From the NCBI GenBank assembly GCA_048882325.1, contig JBHLRS010000001.1:64001-128000 (forward strand): DNA of 64,000 nt. Reading direction: 5' to 3'. Below, piece after piece: positions 1-9,610 of this stretch. Origin of the DNA: Candidatus Thorarchaeota archaeon. Lineage in GTDB: Archaea; Asgardarchaeota; Thorarchaeia; Thorarchaeales; Thorarchaeaceae. Below the pieces are notes generated by a model that was not told where the DNA came from, made no database searches, and saw only the letters and a program-made list of their open reading frames with translations. How positions within the stretch are numbered: the first letter of the stretch is position 1; each line of letters begins with the position of its first letter. The position numbers and the translations under genes were made by a program.

Positions 1-1
1 T

Positions 2-1342
2 TATCCGAGTACAGGCTCGACAAGTCCTCTCTGGTCTACAATACTCTCAGTCTTATTTTACGTCTCAGCTGATCCAGTCAACCTAGCCTGGTGTATCTAT
101 TTCATCTCGACTCTCTTCTACATATCTTCAACATTCATGGTGGGTAAGATAGTAAGCACATATACTGAGAATCTTCAATGGGGTACACTTTCAGTTCTTG
201 GATTTGTCTTGATTCCTCGTAATACTTGGCTCATGCTCTCAGGGATGGAAACGCCTCTGTTTGTCTTCATATTACTTCTTTCTATCATAATCATGGATAG
301 AATCGAGCTGAAATACGACCTTGTTATTGGTGTGCTAGTTGGTTTGGCTTATCTGTCAAGACCTGAGGGTCTTGTAATTGCCCTTGGAGTGCCAGTAAGG
401 TTAGTTATCATATCATCAAGGGGCAGTCTTGATAGAAATCGAGTCGCTATGCTGTTTGTATCTGCGGGTCTTGCGATACTAGTTGCACTACCGTGGATCC
501 TGCACTGTTTCAATATTACTGGACTACCTTTGCCTGACACATTTTATGCTAAAGTTCATGCTCCTACAGTGTCTGAAATTGAAACTTGGAATTACTTCTG
601 GTTAGTATTCCTAATTGAGATGCCATTCCTACTTGTGGGGATGTTTGTAGGAGTTCTTTTGGTGTTCAAGCGAATGCCTTTTCCATGGTTGTTTCCAACT
701 ATCCTTACCATCATGTATCGGTTGTCAATTCCATATATTTCACTGATAAACAATGGTCGCTACCTTCTGCCTATCTTTGACCTCTATTTCGTCGCAGCAA
801 TTGTAGTAATGGGACTGCGGCTGGAAAAATTCCTCACTGGAAGACTGAGGTTCAAAGACGGTCGAGACAGTCACCTTACAGCAATTGCAATCGCATTTCT
901 TCTTGTTATTATGCCACTCATCCCCACATATGTTTGGCAAGCAACAAACTATGGCCGAGCTGTAGAAAATATTAATGACCTGCAGGTCAACATAGGTACT
1001 TGGCTTGCTGAGAACACACCTGAGGATGCAGTATTCGCGACCCATGACGCAGGAGCTCTTAGATTTATCTCGAACAGGACTATGATCGACATGGCCGGGT
1101 TGGTCAGTCCAGACATAGTTCATGGAAATATGACCACCAGGGAAAAACTATCCTATCTTAGGATGAAAGGTTGTACCTACATAGTCTTCTTCAACGACCT
1201 ATTTCGACATATCAGCCGCCTTCTCCCTACTCAAGCTTATGAAACAGTCTATACAGTTACAGTACCTCCCGAAGTTCATGTTGTAAGTGGTCGATCAACA
1301 ATGTCTGTCTACCAAATCTATTGGGAATACACGAGTTATTAG
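2..1342 (+). CDS. Polytopic membrane protein, GT-C-like glycosyltransferase (5'-partial)
   Basis: Frame is open from position 2 (YPSTGSTSPLW...). Multiple TM segments; motifs SGMET, SRPEG, PDTFYAK, HDAGAL, DMAGLVSP typical of GT-C/PMT-like membrane proteins. Confidence 0.6.
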   Translation, partial: YPSTGSTSPLWSTILSVLFYVSADPVNLAWCIYFISTLFYISSTFMVGKIVSTYTENLQWGTLSVLGFVLIPRNTWLMLSGMETPLFVFILLLSIIIMDRIELKYDLVIGVLVGLAYLSRPEGLVIALGVPVRLVIISSRGSLDRNRVAMLFVSAGLAILVALPWILHCFNITGLPLPDTFYAKVHAPTVSEIETWNYFWLVFLIEMPFLLVGMFVGVLLVFKRMPFPWLFPTILTIMYRLSIPYISLINNGRYLLPIFDLYFVAAIVVMGLRLEKFLTGRLRFKDGRDSHLTAIAIAFLLVIMPLIPTYVWQATNYGRAVENINDLQVNIGTWLAENTPEDAVFATHDAGALRFISNRTMIDMAGLVSPDIVHGNMTTREKLSYLRMKGCTYIVFFNDLFRHISRLLPTQAYETVYTVTVPPEVHVVSGRSTMSVYQIYWEYTSY

Positions 1343-1345
1343 CAA

Positions 1346-2545
1346 TCAGGATATCTGCTTTCGGACGTACTCAACTAGCTCCTCATACAAGGCATTTGGC
1401 TCAGATACATCGACAAACCCTCCAGTGAAAACCTCCCCTTTCCCTCCCCCTTTTCCTCCAAGTTTTTTGACGACGGAAGATATGTAATGAGCTGCTTCAT
1501 GATGTACAGCATTGACTCGAAGAATGACCTGTGATTTTTGTCCAGATCCAAACAGAAGAATGATTGTTGGTCCTGAAACTTTCAATTGATTTGAAAGTAC
1601 TCTAAGAGAACCCGCATCAAACCCAGGAAGAAATTCTGATCTAAAGTTCACATTGCCTATCTCAATAACAGATGGTCCTTCTGAAACCATTTGTACGATT
1701 TTCTCAATCATCATTTGTTTGTCCTCAATTGCTATCTTAGCCCGGTCGAGAACTGGTCCTAACTGTTCCATTTCAAAAGGATATGAGTACTTTCTCGCTA
1801 GTGCTGCATTATAGACGGAAAAGACATGGAGTGCAGCGTTCATACCTGCCATGAATTCTACTCGTGTCCTCTTCTCACCTGACTTGACATCTATCACCTT
1901 GAAGAATCCAATATCTCCGGTCTGTTCGACATGAATTCCTGAACAGGCCGAACTATCCATCTCCCCAACTCTAACTATTCTCAGCCTGTCATGTTTCTGA
2001 GCCAGTCCATCTCTACTTCTTACTGATGAATCAAGACTGTTGGAATCCACAAAACTACTTTCAACTGGAAGATTCCGCTCAATCGCTTGCATGACCTCAA
2101 GCTCCGCTTCAAGGATATTCTCAAGTGTCAAATCAGCACCCAATATCTCCACTGACCCATATTTTCCATCTATCCATAATTCTCCTACCTTGATGACATG
2201 TTTTTTGTTGATGATTGACACGAAGAGATGTTCAGCTGTATGGTTTCTCATCAACGAAATCCGCCACTTCATGTCGATATTCAGGTGGCCCATTTCACCC
2301 TGATCCACATATCCATCAGCAACCAGAACAGTTCCTTCTAAATCACTGATGGTGTCTTTCACTGAAACACAAGTGTTTCCGACAGTGAGACTTCCTCTTT
2401 CGCCTGCCTGTCCTCCTCCCGCCGGTCTTATGACATCTTCACCGATTCTAACGTGATAGTTATCATTAATTTTCTCGACAGATTCGATGGAGACCTCAAA
2501 CTCTCTCCTGGATGTATCATCCCAATACGGAGGAATATCAGTCAT
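1346..2545 (-). CDS. alaX: Alanyl-tRNA editing protein AlaX with C-terminal DHHA1-like domain
   Basis: PAGGGQAGE, NHTAEH and CSGIH zinc-editing motifs; C-terminal GGKGGGKG. Confidence 0.85.
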   Translation of the reverse strand: MTDIPPYWDDTSRREFEVSIESVEKINDNYHVRIGEDVIRPAGGGQAGERGSLTVGNTCVSVKDTISDLEGTVLVADGYVDQGEMGHLNIDMKWRISLMRNHTAEHLFVSIINKKHVIKVGELWIDGKYGSVEILGADLTLENILEAELEVMQAIERNLPVESSFVDSNSLDSSVRSRDGLAQKHDRLRIVRVGEMDSSACSGIHVEQTGDIGFFKVIDVKSGEKRTRVEFMAGMNAALHVFSVYNAALARKYSYPFEMEQLGPVLDRAKIAIEDKQMMIEKIVQMVSEGPSVIEIGNVNFRSEFLPGFDAGSLRVLSNQLKVSGPTIILLFGSGQKSQVILRVNAVHHEAAHYISSVVKKLGGKGGGKGEVFTGGFVDVSEPNALYEELVEYVRKQIS

Positions 2546-2684
2546 AATCTACCACCATCGCAATTACATTATCGTTTCAAAACTGTTTCCACTAGAAGTT
2601 GAAATTCCGATATCTGCCGAAACCGATATAGCCAGTGTTGATTGAACAACTGGTGTTCAGATATTCAACTCGAGGCATCATCTT

Positions 2685-3935
2685 ATGTTTAAGTTTCTAA
2701 AATCCGATCCAGTCAAGAAAGCCAAGAAATACATTGAGAAAGCCCTCATCGAGATCGAGGAAGGATATCCAGAATATGCAAGCGCTGAATACGAGAAAGC
2801 AGCTCGCCAATTCCTTGAAGTAGACCAAACAGACTTCGCTGTCAAGTACTTCCGAGAAGCTGCATATTGCGCATTAGAGGTGAATGATCACTTTAGATGC
2901 TCGGATATGAAGATAGCAGCAGCTGAGTGTTTATTGCAAGAAGGCCGATATGATGAGGCTGGAGGTCTCTACTCTGAGTCATCAGACCATCTACATAGAG
3001 AGAAGAAGACTAAGGAATCTAATAGATCCCTGGGGGTAGCCATCATTGGTTACTTGGCGGCCAGAAATTTTGGAACTGCTACAAATCTGATGCGAAAGGC
3101 TGAGAAACGAATCAAGGATAGTTCTGCCAAGAAAGATACATTGTATGTTCTTGCAGAACTCTGTGTCAGGATACTTTGTGAGGGCGAAGATATCCCTCTT
3201 GACCGATTCAACAAAGCAGCGAAGAGTGCAAAACCTAATGCTAAAGAACAACCCCTGTTCGATTTTCTCGTGACATCTACACGTCTAGCTATTCAGACTG
3301 AGATTATGTTGGAATGGGCTGGGGCTCCACAGAAAGAGGTCAATGTCAAAAAACCTCTCGAGATCGAGCTTAGATACAAGTGTCCTGCTGAGGTTCAGAT
3401 TGTTGACCATAGACTATCTCTGTCGAATAGTGTCATTATGACCAAGGAACCCGAATATACGCAGATTCCATCAAAAGAAGAGTCCTGGTTGCTGGAGTTT
3501 AAGCCCGTCCTGAGTGGAATGGGAAGCATCGGTCCTTTGACAGTGACACTTGAGGGTGACCGAGTTCTAGTCAACAAACATAGCAACACTATCGAATTCA
3601 GTATTGCTCGAGCTCCTTCAAGTATTGCATTGGATGTGAAACCAGAACGAGTTTCCTGCAATCTTGGCGAAGAAGCTGTACTTGAGATTACTGTTCTGAA
3701 TGAAGGAGATGGACCAGCTGAGAACATTGAGGTGACTGTGGAATTGTCCGACGGTCTCGAATTGTCTTTAGGGATTGAAGTTAAGACGATTAACTTTCTA
3801 GGCAGTGGAGAGAACGTACGTTTCCAAGCATTTGTAAGAGCAGTTGGACAAGGAGATGAACTTGTCACAGTTAAGGTCGTAGATGGTCGCTCAGGCGATG
3901 AGGTTGTGAAGACGACAATGGTGCGAGTAGGTTAA
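2685..3935 (+). CDS. SNAP/TPR-like alpha-solenoid fused to two Ig-like (CARDB-like) domains
   Basis: N-terminal A-x-x-Y-x-x-AA helical repeats (YASAEYEKAARQF); C-terminal beta-rich region with ITVLNEGDGPAENIEVTVEL. Confidence 0.55.
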   Translation: MFKFLKSDPVKKAKKYIEKALIEIEEGYPEYASAEYEKAARQFLEVDQTDFAVKYFREAAYCALEVNDHFRCSDMKIAAAECLLQEGRYDEAGGLYSESSDHLHREKKTKESNRSLGVAIIGYLAARNFGTATNLMRKAEKRIKDSSAKKDTLYVLAELCVRILCEGEDIPLDRFNKAAKSAKPNAKEQPLFDFLVTSTRLAIQTEIMLEWAGAPQKEVNVKKPLEIELRYKCPAEVQIVDHRLSLSNSVIMTKEPEYTQIPSKEESWLLEFKPVLSGMGSIGPLTVTLEGDRVLVNKHSNTIEFSIARAPSSIALDVKPERVSCNLGEEAVLEITVLNEGDGPAENIEVTVELSDGLELSLGIEVKTINFLGSGENVRFQAFVRAVGQGDELVTVKVVDGRSGDEVVKTTMVRVG

Positions 3936-3937
3936 TT

Positions 3938-4672
3938 CTAACTTTTCCTCTTCTTTCTCTCTGTTTCAGCTCTTATACTCAAACATGCACTCATGACCTG
4001 TTCGATTGCTTCTTCTTCCTTGAACTCCTTCAGCATGTCTTCAGCATCATCAAGGTCGTTCTTTGCGAGTGCATCACTAAAATTAAGGAGGGTTTCAAGC
4101 CATTCCCATCTTGTCTTTGAAATGATCTTCTTCGCTTTCTCTATGCGCTCCTTGGCTTTATCCATCTTCTCGATAGTTGCAAATCCCATAGCTGCTAGTG
4201 ACAGGTTGATTACAGCTCGTTCTGCATTCCCATCATCAATAGCCTTGTCTGCAGCTTTGTCATAGAGGTTCCCCATGTTCTGAGCAGCAGTAAGGAAATA
4301 CTCACTATTTCCTGTTTTGTGACATGCATAGGCCGCCCAGAGGTAGGCTTGAGCCGCGGTCTCAGTCATTCTTTCAAGGAGAGCTTCTTTAGCAGCATTC
4401 TCGTAGAGTGTCAAAGCTGTAGAGAAATCACTAATTTGTTTGTACTGCGTTGCCGCTTCAAGATATGCAGTGGCGGCTGCTTTATGATCATCTTTCTCCA
4501 CTCGGTCTTCTGCATACATGTGATAGTACTCAGCGGCTTTCCGTGTCATCTCAAGAACTCTATCGAGAAAACAGATTGCTGCGTTCTTGAACTGGTTAGC
4601 AGCTTGATAGTAGTTTTCAACCTCGAGAAACTCATTGGCTAATCGTTCCCATTGAGCACATTCGTCTTCCAT
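3938..4672 (-). CDS. SNAP-like (soluble NSF attachment protein-like) TPR protein
   Basis: All-helical, with repeats QAANQFKNAA, AAATAYLEAATQYKQ, ALTLYENAA, LYDKAA; start taken at MEDEC. Confidence 0.55.
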   Translation of the reverse strand: MEDECAQWERLANEFLEVENYYQAANQFKNAAICFLDRVLEMTRKAAEYYHMYAEDRVEKDDHKAAATAYLEAATQYKQISDFSTALTLYENAAKEALLERMTETAAQAYLWAAYACHKTGNSEYFLTAAQNMGNLYDKAADKAIDDGNAERAVINLSLAAMGFATIEKMDKAKERIEKAKKIISKTRWEWLETLLNFSDALAKNDLDDAEDMLKEFKEEEAIEQVMSACLSIRAETERKKRKS

Positions 4673-4937
4673 GCTATCTCGACCTACCTGTCCTTCTCTC
4701 TGATGGTGCATTCTCTGAGTCCAAACAGGATGTGCCTAAAGTGATTGTGCTCTACAAAAATGTAGCTCCGACGTAAAAAGCACCATTTATCGACACCACA
4801 ACTCTCACTTATGTCGTCACAGCATTTACTCCTGAAAAAGAGCCCAGCATTACGATTTTTCTCTTACAGCTTATTAATTACAATCCGAATTTGAGCTTAC
4901 GTGTAATTTAAATACAAGTTACGCTAATATTTGTCAT

Positions 4938-5073
4938 CGAGCTGTGTAGGTTTCGCGAGAAGGGAGCGATGTAAGAGATTGGAGAGAACTAGCCCTGCTG
5001 GCTAAATCCTGTTTCCCTAACTAGGAACCAACTCGTCGGGAACTCTGCGGTGTTCCCGACACCTTTTCCTTTT
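4938..5073 (+). ncRNA. Candidate structured small RNA
   Basis: TTTAAATA at 4907-4914 upstream; complementary ends; internal hairpin TAGCC/GGCTA; terminal 9-bp hairpin plus T-tract; no ORF found. Confidence 0.25.
5035..5073 (+). terminator. Hairpin plus T-tract
   Basis: GTCGGGAAC (5035-5043) pairs with GTTCCCGAC (5052-5060), followed by CCTTTTCCTTTT; also lies just 3' of the HMG-CoA reductase gene on the minus strand. Confidence 0.55.
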
Positions 5074-5075
5074 GG

Positions 5076-6335
5076 TTATTTGAGTTCCTCAAGAAGTTCC
5101 TTGGCACGCTCGACCTTCACGTTCTTCTCTTTGACCAACTTCTCAGCGATGATGTCAACCTGGTCACCGCGGGCTCCTGCAGTTGCAGCAACGTTACGAG
5201 CATGTAGCGCCATATGTCCCTTCTGAATACCTTCTGAAGCTAGAGCTCGAAGCGCAGCAAGATTCTGTGCTAGCCCTACACTTGCAATGATGTGTCCTAG
5301 CTCAGTTGCAGTTTCCACTCCGAGGATCTTTACGCTTGCTCTGGCGACAGGATGTACTTTGGTTGCACCTCCAACCAACCCTACAGCCATTGGGATTTCG
5401 ATACTACCCAGTAGATGACCTTCTGGTGACTTCTCATATTTGGTCAACGAACTATATCCGTTCATCGCTGCGTAACTGTGAGCTCCAGCTTCGATTGCTC
5501 TGAAGTCATTTCCAGTAGCAATAACGACAGCATCAATACCGTTCATGATTCCCTTGTTGTGTGTTGAGCATCTGTAGGGATCTGCCTCTGCAAACGCCCA
5601 GGCTGCGATTATATCATCAACTACTTCTTCTCCACCCAGCAATTCTTTGTCAAAAGTCGCTTTTGACCTGACAAGTCTAAATTCAGCGAGGTTAGAGAGT
5701 ATTCGCAAGATTACTCGTCCACCTGTTATTTTCTCAATACGTGGTGCAAGCGCTTCAGCCATTGTGTTGACCGCATTGGCTCCCATGGCATCGCGAGTAT
5801 CTACTATGAGCTCTGCAACAAGCATGACACCGACTTTAGAATCGAATATTCTTACTCGGATGTCGCGTGCTCCCCCACCGAATCGCACAAGGATTGGGTC
5901 CTGCTCGTTTGCATACTCCAGAAGCGAATCCTTTGCGTCCATAATCTTTGTCTTGGCATCCTCAGGGGATGCGACCTCTACAACCTGTATCTGTCCAATC
6001 ATATTCGGGCCCGTATCAGTAGCTGTAAATCCACCATGGTTTCGTGTCATTCGAGCTGCATTACTTGCAGCGGCTACTACGGATGGTTCTTCGAGAGCCA
6101 TTGGAACAAGATAGTCCTTCTCGTTGACTCGAAAATTCGTTGCAATACCAAGTGGGAGAGTCATTGAACCGACCACATTTTCAATCATGTGGTCTAGAAC
6201 TCCCATGTCTACGTTGCATGGATCCACCAAAGGTCCCAGATCGTCATCTCCAAGTCCAGTGACTTCTTTCAGTTTCTTCACACGGTCCACTCTAGAGAGC
6301 TTGAAGAAGCCAGAAATCCTCGAATCATCAACCAT
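5076..6335 (-). CDS. mvaA: HMG-CoA reductase, class II (degradative/bacterial type)
   Basis: ENVVG, EEPSVVAA, DAMGAN, HNKGIMNG and GIQKGHMALH motifs; start taken at MVDDSRISGF. Confidence 0.95.
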   Translation of the reverse strand: MVDDSRISGFFKLSRVDRVKKLKEVTGLGDDDLGPLVDPCNVDMGVLDHMIENVVGSMTLPLGIATNFRVNEKDYLVPMALEEPSVVAAASNAARMTRNHGGFTATDTGPNMIGQIQVVEVASPEDAKTKIMDAKDSLLEYANEQDPILVRFGGGARDIRVRIFDSKVGVMLVAELIVDTRDAMGANAVNTMAEALAPRIEKITGGRVILRILSNLAEFRLVRSKATFDKELLGGEEVVDDIIAAWAFAEADPYRCSTHNKGIMNGIDAVVIATGNDFRAIEAGAHSYAAMNGYSSLTKYEKSPEGHLLGSIEIPMAVGLVGGATKVHPVARASVKILGVETATELGHIIASVGLAQNLAALRALASEGIQKGHMALHARNVAATAGARGDQVDIIAEKLVKEKNVKVERAKELLEELK

Positions 6336-6439
6336 GTTTTCAACCTCGCTTGATAGATACTTCACATCGTGGTACCCATAAAAGTTCGACCATAGGGTTT
6401 AAGACTCGAACAGCTGAGGATGCTGAATAGTTGAGCACG

Positions 6440-7957
6440 ATGAGTTCAGAGCGAGATTTCAGTGACATCATCACAGGCCTAGCTAAGAAACGCGGATTCT
6501 TCTGGGGACCATCTCCGGAAATTTATGGAGGCAGCTCTGGATTCTATGATTTAGGTCCGCTAGGCAAGTTGTTAAAGAATCGACTTGAGAACCAGATTCG
6601 AGCGGCCTTTGTGCGAGCGAACTTCTGGGAGGTCGAATGTCCAACAGTCAGTCCTGCTCAGGTCTGGAAGGCCTCTGGCCATCTTGATGGTTTCATTGAC
6701 CCTGTCACTCAATGCACAAAGTGTGGTCAGGTCTATCGTGCAGACAACCTCATTGAGGAGAAGTCACCTGGCACTAATATTGCAGGTCAGACAGTTGACG
6801 AGCTGACAGAGACAATCAAGAAAATTGGTCTTGTGTGTCCATCCTGCAAGGGTGCACTTGGTCCTGTGGAAACCTACAACCTCATGATGCGGACGCGGTT
6901 GGGTCTTGATCAGGAAGCCTATCTGAGACCAGAGACCGCTACTACGACCTATCTTCTATTCAGACGTTTTCTTACATTCTTCCGTGACAAGCTCCCAGCT
7001 TCAGTCTTTCAGATTGGCAAAGCTTACAGAAATGAGATATCTCCACGTCAGGGCATGTTGCGTCTACGGGAGTTCACACAGACTGAAGGCCAGATATTCC
7101 TTCTCGAGAAGGATGAGATGGAATGGCGTCAGTTTGAGGACATTAAGGATGAGAAACTTCCTCTGGTGACATACCAAGCTCAGGAGAAGGACAAGTACAA
7201 TCCTGTCATGACTAAGATGTCTGATGCCATTAAGAAGGGATACTTCCAGAAACCCGCTTACGCTTGGTGTGTCTATATTGGGTATGACATCTTTCGAAAG
7301 ATGGGTTTCTCTGAAGACAAAATGAGACTACGACAGCATCTCCAGACTGAGAGAGCTCACTATGCAGCAGATGCATGGGATATTGAGATTCACACAGACA
7401 GTTTTGGTTGGGTTGAATGTTGTGGTGTGCATGACCGAGGTAACTATGACCTGTCTCGCCATCAGGAATTCTCCAAGGAGAAACTACATGTCAAGGTAAA
7501 CAAGAAACCTGTTGTACCAGAGGTCCTCGAGATTGCTTTCGGCATTGAAAGACCCCTCTTCTGTCTGATTGATAACTCATTCAGACCCGAGTCAGAAGAT
7601 CGTGATACTGATTGGCTTCAGTTTCCGCCCGAGGTTGCCCCCATTCAGGTGGCAGTGTTTCCACTCATGGGTAAACCTGAGCTCTTGGAACCTGCCCAAG
7701 AAATCTACAACGACATCATGGATGCAGGCTTCATCTCTCAGTTTGACCAAGGCGGATCGATTGGAAAGAGGTACAGACGTCAGGATGAGGTAGGAACTCC
7801 CTTCTGTGTCACCATTGACTACACTACACTTGAGGATGGTACAGTAACAGTTAGAGACCGTGACTCAATGGAGCAGATACGTGTTCACAAGGAATCACTC
7901 ATCGAGACCCTCAGAGGACTTATTCGAGGGAAAACACAGTTTGTTTCTCTCGTTTGA
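6440..7957 (+). CDS. glyS: Glycine--tRNA ligase (archaeal/eukaryotic homodimeric type)
   Basis: RRGF-like KRGFF, LRPETA, RNEISPRQG..RLREFTQ, anticodon domain SIGKRYRRQDEVGTPFCVTID. Confidence 0.96.
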   Translation: MSSERDFSDIITGLAKKRGFFWGPSPEIYGGSSGFYDLGPLGKLLKNRLENQIRAAFVRANFWEVECPTVSPAQVWKASGHLDGFIDPVTQCTKCGQVYRADNLIEEKSPGTNIAGQTVDELTETIKKIGLVCPSCKGALGPVETYNLMMRTRLGLDQEAYLRPETATTTYLLFRRFLTFFRDKLPASVFQIGKAYRNEISPRQGMLRLREFTQTEGQIFLLEKDEMEWRQFEDIKDEKLPLVTYQAQEKDKYNPVMTKMSDAIKKGYFQKPAYAWCVYIGYDIFRKMGFSEDKMRLRQHLQTERAHYAADAWDIEIHTDSFGWVECCGVHDRGNYDLSRHQEFSKEKLHVKVNKKPVVPEVLEIAFGIERPLFCLIDNSFRPESEDRDTDWLQFPPEVAPIQVAVFPLMGKPELLEPAQEIYNDIMDAGFISQFDQGGSIGKRYRRQDEVGTPFCVTIDYTTLEDGTVTVRDRDSMEQIRVHKESLIETLRGLIRGKTQFVSLV

Positions 7958-8036
7958 TCGAGTTGTCATTTCTAAATCAAAGGACTTTTGTTGGCGACCT
8001 CCTAGTTTAGATATAGTCGGGTGGAGGAAGTCGACA

Positions 8037-8462
8037 CTGAACGATGATGAAAGACAATCTCGATGGGTTGTCAGGAATAAACAGCGCATTCAAGTTGGGG
8101 GATTCATCCTACTCATTGCAGCAATCATCTGGGAGATTCATGAGGGTGTGACAGGTATAGTAATGGTCATCTCAATGTTGCTTATCTTCTCAATTATTGG
8201 CCCGGTAAAGGGCGATCCCTATGATAAGACAAAGGATCTTGGATCATACATATCACTCACCGAGAGTATGCTCTACAGATCTGACACGCCAGTCGAGGAA
8301 TTTCAATATCTCATCTACCGATTCGTGACACTTGACAAACTCTCCCAAGGTCAGACTGATACTATCCTCAGGCACTTTGCAGGTCGAGCTGACAATGTTG
8401 GCGTTGAAGCAAGAAGACTGCTTAGAGATGAGGAGGAGGAGGAAATAGTTAGTGAGGATTGA
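8037..8462 (+). CDS. Hypothetical 2-TM membrane protein (probable CTG start)
   Basis: Two hydrophobic helices; GGAGGA SD 8 nt before in-frame CTG at 8037; the longer ORF call overlaps glyS. Confidence 0.55.
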   Translation: MNDDERQSRWVVRNKQRIQVGGFILLIAAIIWEIHEGVTGIVMVISMLLIFSIIGPVKGDPYDKTKDLGSYISLTESMLYRSDTPVEEFQYLIYRFVTLDKLSQGQTDTILRHFAGRADNVGVEARRLLRDEEEEEIVSED

Positions 8463-9096
8463 TCCACAAACACACTATAGAGATGAGATCTGTGAAGCTA
8501 TTGAGGCTACTCTACGTACTAGTTCTGAATTTGATGAGTGGACCGTACACCGGTTGAGGATTGATAGAAAATTGGCTAAACCCCATCCTGAACTTCATGA
8601 TCCCTTTGATGTTCGGAACCCTGAAGGGAAACATATGACTTGGTTATTTGAATATGAGCTGGAATTGCTTGACAGCCCTGAGTTACTCGTGGCATACATC
8701 AGGGGCAATTCGGAGAGAATTGAAATTGCTGGTAAGTTAGATCGGCAACTTGCCATTATTGTAATCGCTGTGATGTTAATCTCTCCAAGTATAATCTTCT
8801 TTCCTTGGAGACCTGATTCTCTGTTTCGTTTCACATGGGGCGTAGTGGAACTGGCACTTGCAATTTCACTTATGGCTTATCTTGTTCGTCGGAGGAACCA
8901 AGCATTAACTAGAATGGACGTTATCAATGCTAGAAACGATCCGTCTTTTCGTGAAGCACTCCGAATTCTATCCATACTTTCTGATCGTAGTGAACTGGGA
9001 GGTATGGAGGAATACTTCAAGAGGTATGAAAGAATGGACTTGCACTTAGTTATTGATTCCAATGCAAAAATAGAAAATCATGGGAAAGAGAGATAA
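8452..9096 (+). CDS. Hypothetical 2-TM membrane protein
   Basis: 214-aa ORF with GGAGG SD, overlaps the upstream stop, two TM helices. Confidence 0.6.
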   Translation: MRIDPQTHYRDEICEAIEATLRTSSEFDEWTVHRLRIDRKLAKPHPELHDPFDVRNPEGKHMTWLFEYELELLDSPELLVAYIRGNSERIEIAGKLDRQLAIIVIAVMLISPSIIFFPWRPDSLFRFTWGVVELALAISLMAYLVRRRNQALTRMDVINARNDPSFREALRILSILSDRSELGGMEEYFKRYERMDLHLVIDSNAKIENHGKER

Positions 9097-9134
9097 GGTC
9101 TGCAGCATATCAGAGGTCTGAGAGAGGGTGCCTG

Positions 9135-9584
9135 ATGAACAACACAGACGACCGCGTTGACATCAAGAGTATTCTAGTAGCAGTGGATGGTTCAGAGCAC
9201 TCGCTTAAGGCTGTCCGATACGCTTGCGCGATGGGTCCTTCATTAGGCGCTGAGATTGTTCTGCTACATGTTGTTCCGATGCTTGTTTCTGCTACACCTT
9301 ACCATGACACAGTTTCAGATCAGCCGTTCCTAGCGTTGCAAAAAGTTGGAGAAGACATTCTTGCTCGCGCAAAGACGGTCGCAAGTGACCTTAACTGTCA
9401 GGTCATCGATATGATATCTCATGGAGACCCTGCTGCTAAGATCATTGATATTGCCAGCGAGAGAGGAACTGATATCATCATATTGGGATCACGCGGACTC
9501 AGTGGCATCCGTAGGTTGTTTGTGGGATCAATCAGTGACAAGGTTGCTAGTCATGCTCATTGTCCTGTGATGATTGTTCGATAA
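9135..9584 (+). CDS. Universal stress protein (UspA family)
   Basis: ILVAVDGSEHS, GDPA, IILGSRG..GS, HAHCPVMIVR. Confidence 0.95.
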   Translation: MNNTDDRVDIKSILVAVDGSEHSLKAVRYACAMGPSLGAEIVLLHVVPMLVSATPYHDTVSDQPFLALQKVGEDILARAKTVASDLNCQVIDMISHGDPAAKIIDIASERGTDIIILGSRGLSGIRRLFVGSISDKVASHAHCPVMIVR

Positions 9585-9610
9585 TTCACCACATAGTGAG
9601 GTTTCTTCCA

